From NCBI GenBank assembly GCA_014879945.1, contig JACSRE010000172.1, forward strand, positions 1,239 through 65,238: a stretch of 64,000 bases of DNA. Reading direction: 5' to 3'. The notes under the pieces were generated by a model, which was not told where the DNA came from, searched no databases, and saw only the letters and a program-made list of their open reading frames with translations. A program made the position numbers and the translations under genes. Positions 1-9,223 of the stretch are shown here, piece after piece. How positions within the stretch are numbered: position 1 is the stretch's first letter; each line of letters opens with the position of its first letter. Origin of the DNA: Myxococcus sp. (GTDB lineage: Bacteria > Myxococcota > Myxococcia > Myxococcales > Myxococcaceae).

Positions 1-1
1 C

Positions 2-568
2 CGCTTCGAGCTCGCGCCCGCCGCCATCATCAACGTCAACGACCCGTACTACACGCGCGTGGGCGGTCAGATTCGGCTGGCCTTCTACCCGGCCGACACG
101 CTCGCCATCGCCCTGCGCTTCGCCCTGATGCAGACGCTGCCCTCTGACGACGTGCGGCAGGCTACGCGCACCCTGCAGTCGCGCATCTTCTTCTCGGTGC
201 CCTACTGGAACGCGATGGCCGACGTCGAGTGGAGCCCGCTCTACGGCAAGGTCTCGTTCCTCAACTCCATTCTGCACATCGACGGCTACCTCCTCGGCGG
301 CGGCGGCGTGGTGTTCACCGAGCGCACCGGCACCCCCGACCCCGCCAACATGGACCTGCCGCGCCCCATCGCGCCGGGCTTCGATCTCGGCCTGGGCCTG
401 CGCTTCGTCGCCAAGGACTTCGTGAGCGTCAACGTGGGGCTGGTCAACACCACCTACGTCGACACGCCCCGCGGCACCACCAAGGGCGTGACCCAGAACC
501 TGATGATGCTCACCGTGGGCATCTCGCTCTTCATGCCCTTCAAGTCGACCTACCGGGAGGCCGAGTGA
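2..568 (+). CDS. Outer-membrane beta-barrel domain protein, 5'-truncated by window edge (GltA/GltB- or NfsA/NfsB-like myxobacterial OMP family)
   Basis: Frame is open from base 2 (no stop before the listed ATG at 59) to TGA 566-568. Alternating beta-strand-like pattern, Gly-rich turns, C-terminal LFMPFKSTY. Clear paralogy to the next gene (WSPLYGKVSF vs WAPIYGKLSL; GLGLRFV vs GIGFRFF). Stop overlaps the next start (TGATG). Confidence 0.75.
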   Translation, partial: RFELAPAAIINVNDPYYTRVGGQIRLAFYPADTLAIALRFALMQTLPSDDVRQATRTLQSRIFFSVPYWNAMADVEWSPLYGKVSFLNSILHIDGYLLGGGGVVFTERTGTPDPANMDLPRPIAPGFDLGLGLRFVAKDFVSVNVGLVNTTYVDTPRGTTKGVTQNLMMLTVGISLFMPFKSTYREAE

Positions 569-1344
569 TGCGCGCCTTCACCTCGTGGTGCCTGCTGCTC
601 GCCCTGGCCGCTGCGCCTGCCTTCGCGCAGAAGAGCGAAGAAGAGGCCGGTGACGTCTCCGAGACCGACAAGGACTCGTCGGGCCCCTTGCGCGATCGCA
701 TTCCGCCCGTGTCTGGCCACGTCTTCTTGATGGACGGCCGCTTCGAGATCTCGCCGGGCATCGGCCTGTCGGTGCGCGACGCCTTCTTCACCAAGGTCTT
801 CTTCGGCGCGGCGCTCACCTACCACTTCACCGAGACCCTCGGCGCGTCGCTGCGCGGCGGCTACAACCTCTCGCTGGTGTCGGGCGCCGCGCAGATCTGC
901 AGCCCCGGAGACCCGAGCACCAACACCGCCGCGGGCTGCCGCAGCCCCACGCAGGAGGAGCTCACCACCCGCCTCGACTCCAACGGGCAGCGGGTGATCG
1001 AGAACGTGGCCTACGGCCTCAACACGGTGCTGGCGAGCCTCGACTTCCAGTGGGCGCCCATCTACGGAAAGCTGTCGCTGTCGGCCGAGCGCGTGTTGTC
1101 GTTCAACATGTACGGCATCATCGGGCCCTCGCTGGTGATGTACGGGCCGAAGAACGAGCTGGGCGGCGGCGGCAACCTGGGCATCGGCTTTCGCTTCTTC
1201 CTCAACAAGTTCCTCACCATTCGGGCCGAGCTGCGCGACACCATCTATTACGAGAACGGGTTCCCCTCGGGCTCGCTGCGCAACCAGCTGATGGCCGACT
1301 TCGGGCTGTCGATCTTCCTGCCCACCGTCGTTCAGGAGAAGTGA
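568..1344 (+). CDS. Outer-membrane beta-barrel domain protein with signal peptide (paralog of previous gene; GltA/GltB-like)
   Basis: ATG at 568 overlaps the upstream stop. Signal peptide MRAFTSWCLLLALAAAPAFA/QK. Beta-strand-rich sequence ending in LSIFLPT. The 229-567 part of the listed ORF is an Arg/Pro/His-rich out-of-frame overlap with gene 1 and is discarded. Confidence 0.8.
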   Translation: MRAFTSWCLLLALAAAPAFAQKSEEEAGDVSETDKDSSGPLRDRIPPVSGHVFLMDGRFEISPGIGLSVRDAFFTKVFFGAALTYHFTETLGASLRGGYNLSLVSGAAQICSPGDPSTNTAAGCRSPTQEELTTRLDSNGQRVIENVAYGLNTVLASLDFQWAPIYGKLSLSAERVLSFNMYGIIGPSLVMYGPKNELGGGGNLGIGFRFFLNKFLTIRAELRDTIYYENGFPSGSLRNQLMADFGLSIFLPTVVQEK

Positions 1345-1345
1345 C

Positions 1346-3220
1346 ATGAGCCTCCTGCGAGCCTTGAGCGTGGTGGTCGGGGTGACGTTGGCGGTGCCGG
1401 CTTCGGCCCAGATGAGCTTCGAAGGGCTCGATCTCGGCGGCAAGAAGAAGCCGGCCAAGAAGCCCGGCAAGAAGAAGCCCGACGAGAAGAAGGACGAGAA
1501 GAAAGACGAGGCGACGCCGCAGCCAGACGTCGAGCTGCCGGCCGAGGGGCTCGACCTGTCGAAGCCGGTCGAGACGAACAAGAAGAAGCCGCCCCCGCGC
1601 AACGACGAGAACAAGCCGGCGCCCACCATGTCGTTCGACGCCGTCGACGTCTCGGGCAAGACCGGCGATCGCCAGCGCATGGATGCGGCCATCACCCAGT
1701 TCAAGGCCGACGAGTTCGAGCCGGCCGCGCTGGCGTTCTTCGAGATGTCACAGGACCCGAAGATGGCGGCCCTGCAGGTCGAGGCCGACTACTGGCTGGG
1801 CAAGTCGCTCTACAAGCTGGGCCTCTACAACTCGTCGCTGGGCATGTTCTCGAAGGTGCTCGGCCGCGGCAGCGACAAGAACAAGTTCTTCAAGAGCTCG
1901 CTCGAGTGGCTGTTCTTCATCGCGCGCAAGACGACCAACGAGACGGTGGTGCTCGACGAGATCGCCAAGTACGCCAACTACGAGTTCCCCGAGCGGTTCC
2001 GCAACGAGTTCCGCTACCTGCTGGCGCGCTACAACTTCGTCTACGGCAAGGCCCTCGACGACGCCGAGCGCAAGGGCGAGGGCGACAAGGCCTTCGACGA
2101 GGTCAAGCGCCTGTGCCTGATGATCCCCAAGGGCGACCCGTTCTACCCGAAGGCCAAGTACCTCGAGGGGCTCTCGTACTTCCGTGAGAACAAGCTCGAG
2201 GCGGCGTTGGAGTCGATGAAGGAAGTCGTTCGCGCGACCCGCTCCGAAGAGGGCCGCGGCGAGACGGCCGAGGCGCGCAACGCCAAGAACCTGCGCGAGC
2301 TCGCGTTCATGCAGCTTGCCCGCACCCACTACGGCGCCCGCCAGAACCGCTACGCGCTGTTCTACCTGCAGAAGGTCGAGCGCGGCGGCCCGCAGTGGCT
2401 CGAGTCGCTCTTCGAGGGCAGCTGGGCCAACTACCGCATCGGCCAGTACGAGCAGGCGCTGGGGAACCTCATCACCCTCTCGAGCCCGTTCTTCCGCGAC
2501 GAGTACTTCCCCGAGGCGCTCATCCTGAAGGCGGTCGTCTACTTCGAGAACTGCCGCTACACCGAGGCGCTGTCGATCATCGAAGACTTCGAGGGCATCT
2601 ACGGCCCGGTGCAGGAGGAGCTGAACACCCTGGTCGAGAAGAACATGGAGGCCACCGAGTACTTCAACGTGCTCGACGAGGTGCGCCGGAAGAACAAGGC
2701 CGGCCTGGTGAAGAAGGGCAGCGTCGACGAGATCCTCGAGCGCATTCTGAACCTCGCCCTCACCGACAAGGACCTGAAGAAGACCGTCGACTCCATCGGC
2801 GAGCTCGAGGCCGAGATCGACTCCTTCGGCGGCCGCTCCGACGCGTTCAAGTACTCGAACATGTCGAAGGCGCTGATCGAGTCGATGAAGGCGCAGCGTG
2901 AGCAGCTCATCAAGAAGGGCGGCGTCATGGCCAAGGCCAAGCTCGACTTCGAGAACGGCCAGCTCAAGACGCTCCGCGCCAACGGCCTGCGCATCAAGTT
3001 CGAGACCACCGACAAAGAGAAGGAGTTCCTCCAGGAGCTCCTCCAGGCCGGGGGCAAGAAGCAGACGGTGAAGAAGTACAAAGAGACGCAGGCCGTCTCT
3101 GACGATCAGCTCTACTGGCCGTACTACGGCGAGTACTGGCGCGACGAGCTGGGCACCTACCAGTACACGCTCACCAAGGGCTGCATCGAGCGCTCGTCAG
3201 GCTCGGAGCTGCGCGAGTAG
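1346..3220 (+). CDS. Secreted TPR-repeat protein with Lys/Pro-rich N-terminal linker (GltC/NfsC-like)
   Basis: ATG lies 1 nt after the upstream stop, with GGAGAA 6 nt upstream. Signal peptide ...AVPASA/QM. Low-complexity KKKPAKKPGKKKPDEKKDEKKDE segment. Several TPR-like helices (ADYWLGKSLYKLGLYNSSLGMF, AKYLEGLSYFRENKLEAALESM, LKAVVYFENCRYTEALSII). Confidence 0.8.
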   Translation: MSLLRALSVVVGVTLAVPASAQMSFEGLDLGGKKKPAKKPGKKKPDEKKDEKKDEATPQPDVELPAEGLDLSKPVETNKKKPPPRNDENKPAPTMSFDAVDVSGKTGDRQRMDAAITQFKADEFEPAALAFFEMSQDPKMAALQVEADYWLGKSLYKLGLYNSSLGMFSKVLGRGSDKNKFFKSSLEWLFFIARKTTNETVVLDEIAKYANYEFPERFRNEFRYLLARYNFVYGKALDDAERKGEGDKAFDEVKRLCLMIPKGDPFYPKAKYLEGLSYFRENKLEAALESMKEVVRATRSEEGRGETAEARNAKNLRELAFMQLARTHYGARQNRYALFYLQKVERGGPQWLESLFEGSWANYRIGQYEQALGNLITLSSPFFRDEYFPEALILKAVVYFENCRYTEALSIIEDFEGIYGPVQEELNTLVEKNMEATEYFNVLDEVRRKNKAGLVKKGSVDEILERILNLALTDKDLKKTVDSIGELEAEIDSFGGRSDAFKYSNMSKALIESMKAQREQLIKKGGVMAKAKLDFENGQLKTLRANGLRIKFETTDKEKEFLQELLQAGGKKQTVKKYKETQAVSDDQLYWPYYGEYWRDELGTYQYTLTKGCIERSSGSELRE

Positions 3221-3235
3221 CCGAGGGAAGACGAC

Positions 3236-4270
3236 ATGAGCGCGCAGCGGCCCGTCACCATCGCCTTCGACGTCATGGGAGGCGACCACGGCGTGCTCGA
3301 GGTCGTCAAAGGCGCCGCGCAGCTGACCCTCGACTCGCCCAACGTGCACGGCCTGCTGGTGGGCGACCGGGCGCTCATCGACCAGGCGCTCACCCAGGTG
3401 AAGTACACGGCCGAGCGGCTGGCGGTGCACCACGCGCCCGACTTCGTGGCCATGCACGAGAAGCCGGCGGTGGCGCTCGACGCCCGGCCGCGCTGCTCGG
3501 TGATGGTCGCCGCCGAGCTGATTCGTGATGGCGAGGCCGACGCGATGGTGTCGGCCGGCAACACCGGCGCGGGCGTGCTGGCGTGCGCGCGGGCGTTCAA
3601 GCTGATCCCCGGGGTGCGGCGCGCGGCGCTCGCCACCGTGTACCCGACGGCCGTCTCGCGCGGCGAGAAGAACGACCCGTTCAGCCTCATCCTCGACGTG
3701 GGGGCGACGGTCGACGCCTCGGCCGACGATCTCGTCGCCTTCGCCGTCATGGGCGCCGCGTACGCCCGCATCATCTCGAAGAACCCCGACCCGGCGGTGG
3801 CGCTGCTGTCGAACGGCACCGAGGCCAGCAAGGGCCCTGCGCGGGTGGTCGAGGCCAACCAGAAGCTCTCGGTCATCAAGGGCCTGCGCTTCATCGGCAA
3901 CGTCGAGGGCGTCGACATTCCCAAGGGCACGGCCGACGTCGTGGTGTGTGACGGCTTCGTCGGCAACGTGTGCCTCAAGATGCTCGAGGGCGTGAGCGAG
4001 ACGGTCATCGAGCTGGCCCGCTACGCCTACAAAGAGAAGCTGCTGTGGCGCGCGGGCCTGGCGATGCTGTCGAGCGGCATCGAGCGCATCAAAGAGGTGA
4101 CCGACTGGGAGCAGTACGGCGGCGCGCCGATCCTCGGGTTCGATCGGCTCTTCATCAAGGCCCACGGCCGCTCGAAGGCGCGCGCCATCACCAACGCCGG
4201 CAAGGTCGCCGCCAAGGCCGTGAAGAGCGACCTGACGAAGGTGATTCAAGACGCGCTGCCTGGCGCCTGA
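3236..4270 (+). CDS. plsX: Phosphate acyltransferase PlsX
   Basis: Typical PlsX motifs: IAFDVMGGDHG near the N-terminus, VSAGNTGAG, IKAHGRS. 344 aa is the expected size. Confidence 0.95.
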   Translation: MSAQRPVTIAFDVMGGDHGVLEVVKGAAQLTLDSPNVHGLLVGDRALIDQALTQVKYTAERLAVHHAPDFVAMHEKPAVALDARPRCSVMVAAELIRDGEADAMVSAGNTGAGVLACARAFKLIPGVRRAALATVYPTAVSRGEKNDPFSLILDVGATVDASADDLVAFAVMGAAYARIISKNPDPAVALLSNGTEASKGPARVVEANQKLSVIKGLRFIGNVEGVDIPKGTADVVVCDGFVGNVCLKMLEGVSETVIELARYAYKEKLLWRAGLAMLSSGIERIKEVTDWEQYGGAPILGFDRLFIKAHGRSKARAITNAGKVAAKAVKSDLTKVIQDALPGA

Positions 4271-4327
4271 GCGGCCCGCTCGAGCCTTCCCCGCGCCCGT
4301 CGAAAAGGCGTACAAACCACTGGCCCT

Positions 4328-5365
4328 GTGACGCTGCCCGACCGCATCGACCCGAGACCGCCGAAGAAGATCTACCGGTGGGACCTCGACAAGACGTACC
4401 TGCAGACGGAGTTCGACACGCTCCGTCAGCTGGTGCGCACGGCCATGCAGAAGGCGCACGAGAAGAAGGCCGTGCCCGGCGCCGCGGCGCTCATTCGCGA
4501 GCTGCGCGCCTCGGGCGACTCGCGCCTGTGCATCGTCTCGGGCAGCCCCACGCAGATGCGCGCCGTGCTCGCCGAGAAGCTCAAGCTCGACGGCGTCGAG
4601 TTCGACGAGCTGGTCCTCAAGGACAACCTGAAGAACCTGGTGCGCGGCCGGTTCAAGGCCCTGCGCGGGCAGGTCGGGTACAAGCTGCCGGTGCTGCTCA
4701 AGAGCCGCGCGCACGCGCCCGTCGAGGCCGAAGAGGTGCTCTTCGGCGACGACGCCGAGGCCGACGCCTTCATCTACTCGCTCTACGCCGACATGGTGGC
4801 GCGCCGGGTGAGCGAGCCGGTGGTGCACCAGGTGCTGCAGGCCGCCGAGGTCTACGAGAACGACATCACCGCCGTGATGAAGGTGTGGGAGTCGATTCCG
4901 CAGGCCGACCCGGTCACGCGCATCTTCATCAACCTCGACCGGCTCACCACGCCGGCCTCGTTCGCGCACTACGGCCCCCGGCTGGTGCCCATCTTCAACT
5001 ACTTCCAGGCCGCGCTGGTGTTGATGGCCGACGGCCACCTCGCCGCGCCGCAGGTGCTCAAGGTGATGGTCGACCTGGTGCAGTCCGCCGGGCACAACCT
5101 CTTCACCCTCTCGAACTCGCTGCAGGATCTCATTCGGCGCGGGCTGCCCATCGCGCAGGTCGCGCAGCGCCTGTCAGAGGCGCTCCAGGGCCCCCAGGCG
5201 ATGTTGCAGGTGGTGCGCCCGGTGCCCGACATCATCGCGGCCTTCACCAAGCGCGCGGCCTCGCTGGGGGCGCCGCCGGCGCCAGCCCCCGTGAAGGACA
5301 TCGACTACCTCTCGCTGCTCGACCACGCCCGCCCGCGTACGCACAAGAAGCGGCGCATCGAGTAG
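4328..5365 (+). CDS. HAD-like phosphatase of the App1/DUF2183 type (putative phosphatidate phosphatase)
   Basis: GTG start. DxDxT motif (WDLDKTY), SGSP motif (IVSGSPTQM) and FGDDAEADAFIY motif, in the order I remember for App1-type Mg-dependent lipid phosphatases. Not searched. Confidence 0.6.
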   Translation: MTLPDRIDPRPPKKIYRWDLDKTYLQTEFDTLRQLVRTAMQKAHEKKAVPGAAALIRELRASGDSRLCIVSGSPTQMRAVLAEKLKLDGVEFDELVLKDNLKNLVRGRFKALRGQVGYKLPVLLKSRAHAPVEAEEVLFGDDAEADAFIYSLYADMVARRVSEPVVHQVLQAAEVYENDITAVMKVWESIPQADPVTRIFINLDRLTTPASFAHYGPRLVPIFNYFQAALVLMADGHLAAPQVLKVMVDLVQSAGHNLFTLSNSLQDLIRRGLPIAQVAQRLSEALQGPQAMLQVVRPVPDIIAAFTKRAASLGAPPAPAPVKDIDYLSLLDHARPRTHKKRRIE

Positions 5366-5377
5366 CGGCCGTTGGCG

Positions 5378-6496
5378 TCAGCGCGCCGTCGTGGCGCTGC
5401 AGCGGGCGTAGACCTCGAGCGTCTGCTGCGCCGTCTTCGCCCACGAGAACGTCTGGGCTCGCGCCAGCCCTGCGGCGGCGAGCGAGGCGCGCGCCGAGGC
5501 GTCGCCGAGCAGCCGGTCGAGCTGCCCGGCGAGCCCGCTGACGTCGTCGACGCCGACCTGCCACGCCCCGTCGGCGCAGACCTCGGGCAACGAGCCGGCG
5601 TTCGAGACGATGGTCGGCACGCCCAGGCGCATCGCCTCGAGCGGCGGCAGGCCGAAGCCCTCGTAGCGCGAGGGGAAGACGAAGACGCCGGCGCGGCGCA
5701 TCAGCGCGTAGAAGACCGTGTCTTCGAGGTACCCGAGGGGCCGCACGTCGACGCCGAGCTCCTTGAGGCGCAGCACCTCTCTCTCGATCGCGCCGCTGCC
5801 GAACCAGCGCTGCCCGGCGAGCACCAGCGTGGCGCGCCGGCCCTGTCGGAAGAGCTGCTCCATCGCGCGCAGCACCAGCTCGACGTTCTTCCGCGCGTCG
5901 AGCGCCCCGGCGTAGAGGACGAAGGGCGAAGCCAGGCCGAGGGCGTCGAGCCAGGCGGTGGTGATGTCATCGGGCGGCCCCACCGCCTCGACGTGATCGA
6001 CGCCGTGGTGAATGACCGTCAGCTTCGCGTCATCGACCTCCACGTGCGCGCGCAGGCTCTGCCTCGCGACGTCAGAGACGCAGATGATCTGCTCCGCCAC
6101 CCTGGTGGCCCGCGCCAGCCAGAGCCGGAATTGCCACCGGAAGGCCGTAGAGACGGTCTCGGGGAGCAGCAGCGGCACCAGGTCGTGCACCGTCAACACG
6201 TACGGAACGCCGGGAACGCGCTGGAGCGGCAGGTTGAAGTTCGCGAGCGCATGAAAGAGCCGGGGCCTGCGCTCCGACAACGCGCGCGGGAGCCCGCCGA
6301 GGGTCCACCCCGTGCGCGACCCGTCGCCGCGCGGGAGCTCGCCGCTCTTCCGCGCCCCCCACCGCTCCACCGGCGCCCCCGCGCCGATCAGCGCGCGGTG
6401 CAGCTGCCGCGTGTACAGCCCGATGCCGGTGATGGGCTCGTCCCAGAGAGAGGCGTCGAGGGCGATGGGCTGCGACACGGTGCGTGCGCATACCAC
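5378..6496 (-). CDS. Glycosyltransferase family 4 (GT-B, GT1-type)
   Basis: N-terminus IALDASLWDEPITGIGLYT and C-terminal EX7E region FPSRYEGFGLPPLEAMRLGVPTIVSNAGSLPEV. GTG start at 6496; an alternative GTG at 6478 is possible. Confidence 0.85.
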   Translation of the reverse strand: MVCARTVSQPIALDASLWDEPITGIGLYTRQLHRALIGAGAPVERWGARKSGELPRGDGSRTGWTLGGLPRALSERRPRLFHALANFNLPLQRVPGVPYVLTVHDLVPLLLPETVSTAFRWQFRLWLARATRVAEQIICVSDVARQSLRAHVEVDDAKLTVIHHGVDHVEAVGPPDDITTAWLDALGLASPFVLYAGALDARKNVELVLRAMEQLFRQGRRATLVLAGQRWFGSGAIEREVLRLKELGVDVRPLGYLEDTVFYALMRRAGVFVFPSRYEGFGLPPLEAMRLGVPTIVSNAGSLPEVCADGAWQVGVDDVSGLAGQLDRLLGDASARASLAAAGLARAQTFSWAKTAQQTLEVYARCSATTAR

Positions 6497-6543
6497 AGCC
6501 CCCCCGTTGCGCTGACCGAACCAGATCGCCTTTGGTGCGCGCC

Positions 6544-6840
6544 ATGAACGAGCGCCGCCTCGCGACCCGCAAGCCCGTCCGCCTCCTCGTGCAGCACCAG
6601 TCGAGCGAGGGCGCGTACGAGATCGACTACGCGAGCGACCTGTCGGCGGGCGGCCTCTTCATCGCCTCCCGGGCGACGCCGCCGCGCCACGCGACGGTGC
6701 ACGTGCAGTTCGCCCCGGCGACGAACGCTCCCCTGGTGAGCGCGTTCGCCCGGGTGACCCACGTCACGCCCGACGGCTTCGGCGCCGCGTTCATCGCGCT
6801 CGACCCCGAGGCCGCGAGCGCCATCAACGCCGTGCTCTAG
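6544..6840 (+). CDS. Stand-alone PilZ domain protein (putative c-di-GMP receptor)
   Basis: ATG at 6544 inside listed ORF 6484-6840. RxxxR (RKPVR) followed by D-x-S-x-x-G (DLSAGG) at the spacing typical of PilZ. About 98 aa. Confidence 0.7.
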   Translation: MNERRLATRKPVRLLVQHQSSEGAYEIDYASDLSAGGLFIASRATPPRHATVHVQFAPATNAPLVSAFARVTHVTPDGFGAAFIALDPEAASAINAVL

Positions 6841-6982
6841 CGCCGCCCTTCACCGCGCTCGCCACCTGCGCGCGAATGAAGCCCTGCGCCGCGGCGCGCT
6901 TGAAGCAGACGAGGGCCGAGCCACGGCCCCACACGACGTGGTGGTGGCACCGCCGGGAGCGCTCGACTAACAGCGCGCGCGC

Positions 6983-9223
6983 GTGGCCACGTTCCGGGTG
7001 CATCAGCTGGTGCCGAACTTCCGCCCCGGCGACGCCATGGGCGCGGCGGCCATCGGGTTCCAGCGGGCGCTCCGGCACCTGGGCTTCACGGGTGAGGTCT
7101 TCGCGGGCGAGGTGGCGCCCGGGTGCGAAGCCATCGTGCACCCGATCGCGAGGCTGCGGGTGGAGCGCGACGACCTGGTGCTGTACCACCACGGCATCGC
7201 CTCGAGCCTGGTGGCGAAGCTGCTCCACCTGCCGTGCCGCCGCGGCCTCGTCTTTCACAACATCACGCCCGCGCGCTTCTACGCCGGCACCCGGCTCGCC
7301 GAGCCGCTCGTCACCGGCCGCGCCCAGCTGACGGCGCTGGCGGGGCACGTCGACGTCGCCATCGGTGTCTCGCGCTTCAACGCCAGCGAGCTCGAGGCCG
7401 CCGGGCACCGCGACGTGAAGGTGGTGCCGCTGCTGGTCGAGCCCGAGCGCTTCGCGGCGTCTGAGGCCGACGCGACGCTCCTGGCTCGCCTCTCGCGCGC
7501 GGGCAGCCCGCGGGTGCTGGCGGTGAGCCGGGTGGTGCCGCACAAGCGCGTCGACGACCTCCTGTCGCTCCATCAGGCGCTCAAGCGCATCGCGCCGCGC
7601 GCGCAGCTGACGGTGGTGGGCGGGTACGACGCGGGCCAGAGGGCCTTCAAGGCGCTCAAGGCGCGGGCTGACGACCTCGGCCAGGTGACCTTCCTGGGCA
7701 AGGTGACGCACGCCCAGCTGGTGGCCGCCTACCGCTCGGCCGAGCTCTTCGTCTCGATGAGCGAGCACGAGGGGCTGGGTGTGCCGCTGCTCGAGGCCTT
7801 CGCCAGCGAGGTGCCGGTGCTGGCCTTCGGCGCCGCGGCGGTGCCCGAGACGATGGGCGGGCGGGGGCTGGTCTTCGACGAGAAGCACTTCGCCGCGCTG
7901 GCCGAGGTGGCGGCGCAGCTCGTCTCGGACGCGCCGCTGCGGGGCGCGTTGATCGCCGGTCAGCGGGAGCGCCTGCGCGACTTCTCGCTCGAGGCGGTCG
8001 CCGACGGGCTTCGCGCGGCGCTCCCGGCGCCTCCACCCTCGCGGCCGCGCCGCAGCAAGCGCCCCCGGGTGGCCTTCGTGGTGCAACGCTTCGGCGAGTT
8101 CATCGTCGGCGGCGCCGAGGCGCACGCCCGCCAGGTCGCGCTCGCGCTGGCTCCGCGGGTGAACGTCGAGGTCTTCACCACCTGCGCGACCGATCACTTG
8201 TCGTGGAAGAACGAGCTCCCGCCGGGCACCTCGCGCGACGGGCCGCTGACGGTGCATCGCTTTCCTGCGAGCCGGTTTCGCAACATTCGCGCCTTCAACC
8301 GCACCTCGAAGGAGGTCTTCGGCACGGCGCAGGACCTCGTCGCCGAGACGCGCTGGCTCGCCGACCAGGGGCCCACCGCGCCCGCGCTGCTCGACGCGCT
8401 GGTGGCCGCGCGTGAGCGCTTCGACGCGGTCGCCTTCTTCACCTACCTCTACCAGCCCACCGTCTACGGCGTGCCGCTCCTGGCCGACCGCGCGCTGGTG
8501 GTGCCGACCGCCCACGACGAGCCGCCGCTCGCGTTTCACCTCTACGCTGACGTGTTCGAGCGGCCCCGCGCCCTGCTGTGCAACACCCCGGAGGAGGAGG
8601 CGCTGATCCGCGCGCGCTTCCCGAACGCCGCGCCGTCGAGCGTGGTGGGCGTCGGGGTGACGCCGCTGCCCGCGCGGCCCGAGCGCTTTCGCGACGCCTT
8701 CGACCTCGCGGGCCCCTACCTGCTGTACGTGGGCCGCATGGAGGCGGGGAAGGGCGTGGCGGAGCTGCTCGAGTTCCACCAGGCGATGGTGCGCGCGTTC
8801 CACGACGCGCCGACGCTGGTGCTGGCCGGCGCGGGCGAGCTCAAGCCGAAGGGCGCCCGGGTGCTCGCCGTCGGCCGCGTCGACGAGCAGACCAAGTGGG
8901 ACGCGCTGAGCGGCGCGCTGGCGGTCGTGGTGCCCAGCCGGTACGAGAGCCTCTCGCTCCTGGCGCTCGAGGCCTTCGCGGTCGGAACACCGATCATCGG
9001 CCACACCGCGGGCGCGGTGGTGCGCGGACAGCTCGAGCGCAGCCAGGGCGGGGCGGGGTACGACGACGAGGCGTCGTTCCTCGAGGCGGTGCGGGTGGTC
9101 GGCGAGCGGCGGGGCCCGCTCTCGAAGAGGGCCCGGGCGTACGGAGCGAAGCACCAGTGGCGCAACGTCATCGACGCGTGGCTGTCGGCCATCGAGCGCG
9201 TCAGAGAAGGGGTCAAGCGATGA
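6983..9223 (+). CDS. Bifunctional glycosyltransferase with two tandem GT4 domains (WbdA-like architecture)
   Basis: Two complete GT-B modules, each with an EX7E-type motif (SEHEGLGVPLLEAF near aa 260; SRYESLSLLALEAF near aa 650). GTG start. 746 aa. Confidence 0.85.
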   Translation: MATFRVHQLVPNFRPGDAMGAAAIGFQRALRHLGFTGEVFAGEVAPGCEAIVHPIARLRVERDDLVLYHHGIASSLVAKLLHLPCRRGLVFHNITPARFYAGTRLAEPLVTGRAQLTALAGHVDVAIGVSRFNASELEAAGHRDVKVVPLLVEPERFAASEADATLLARLSRAGSPRVLAVSRVVPHKRVDDLLSLHQALKRIAPRAQLTVVGGYDAGQRAFKALKARADDLGQVTFLGKVTHAQLVAAYRSAELFVSMSEHEGLGVPLLEAFASEVPVLAFGAAAVPETMGGRGLVFDEKHFAALAEVAAQLVSDAPLRGALIAGQRERLRDFSLEAVADGLRAALPAPPPSRPRRSKRPRVAFVVQRFGEFIVGGAEAHARQVALALAPRVNVEVFTTCATDHLSWKNELPPGTSRDGPLTVHRFPASRFRNIRAFNRTSKEVFGTAQDLVAETRWLADQGPTAPALLDALVAARERFDAVAFFTYLYQPTVYGVPLLADRALVVPTAHDEPPLAFHLYADVFERPRALLCNTPEEEALIRARFPNAAPSSVVGVGVTPLPARPERFRDAFDLAGPYLLYVGRMEAGKGVAELLEFHQAMVRAFHDAPTLVLAGAGELKPKGARVLAVGRVDEQTKWDALSGALAVVVPSRYESLSLLALEAFAVGTPIIGHTAGAVVRGQLERSQGGAGYDDEASFLEAVRVVGERRGPLSKRARAYGAKHQWRNVIDAWLSAIERVREGVKR

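Noticed and set aside
229-567. 5' extension of the second OMP gene
   Set aside because: It overlaps gene 1 out of frame and is Arg/Pro/His-rich. A good signal peptide begins at ATG 568, which overlaps the upstream stop.
3197-5095. 632-aa ORF on the minus strand, and the 523-aa ORF 3970-5541 on the plus strand
   Set aside because: They are antisense or out of frame relative to plsX and the App1-like gene. Arg/Gly/His-rich artefacts.
6824-9154. 776-aa ORF on the minus strand
   Set aside because: It lies antisense to the dual-GT4 gene, whose two EX7E motifs identify the true frame.
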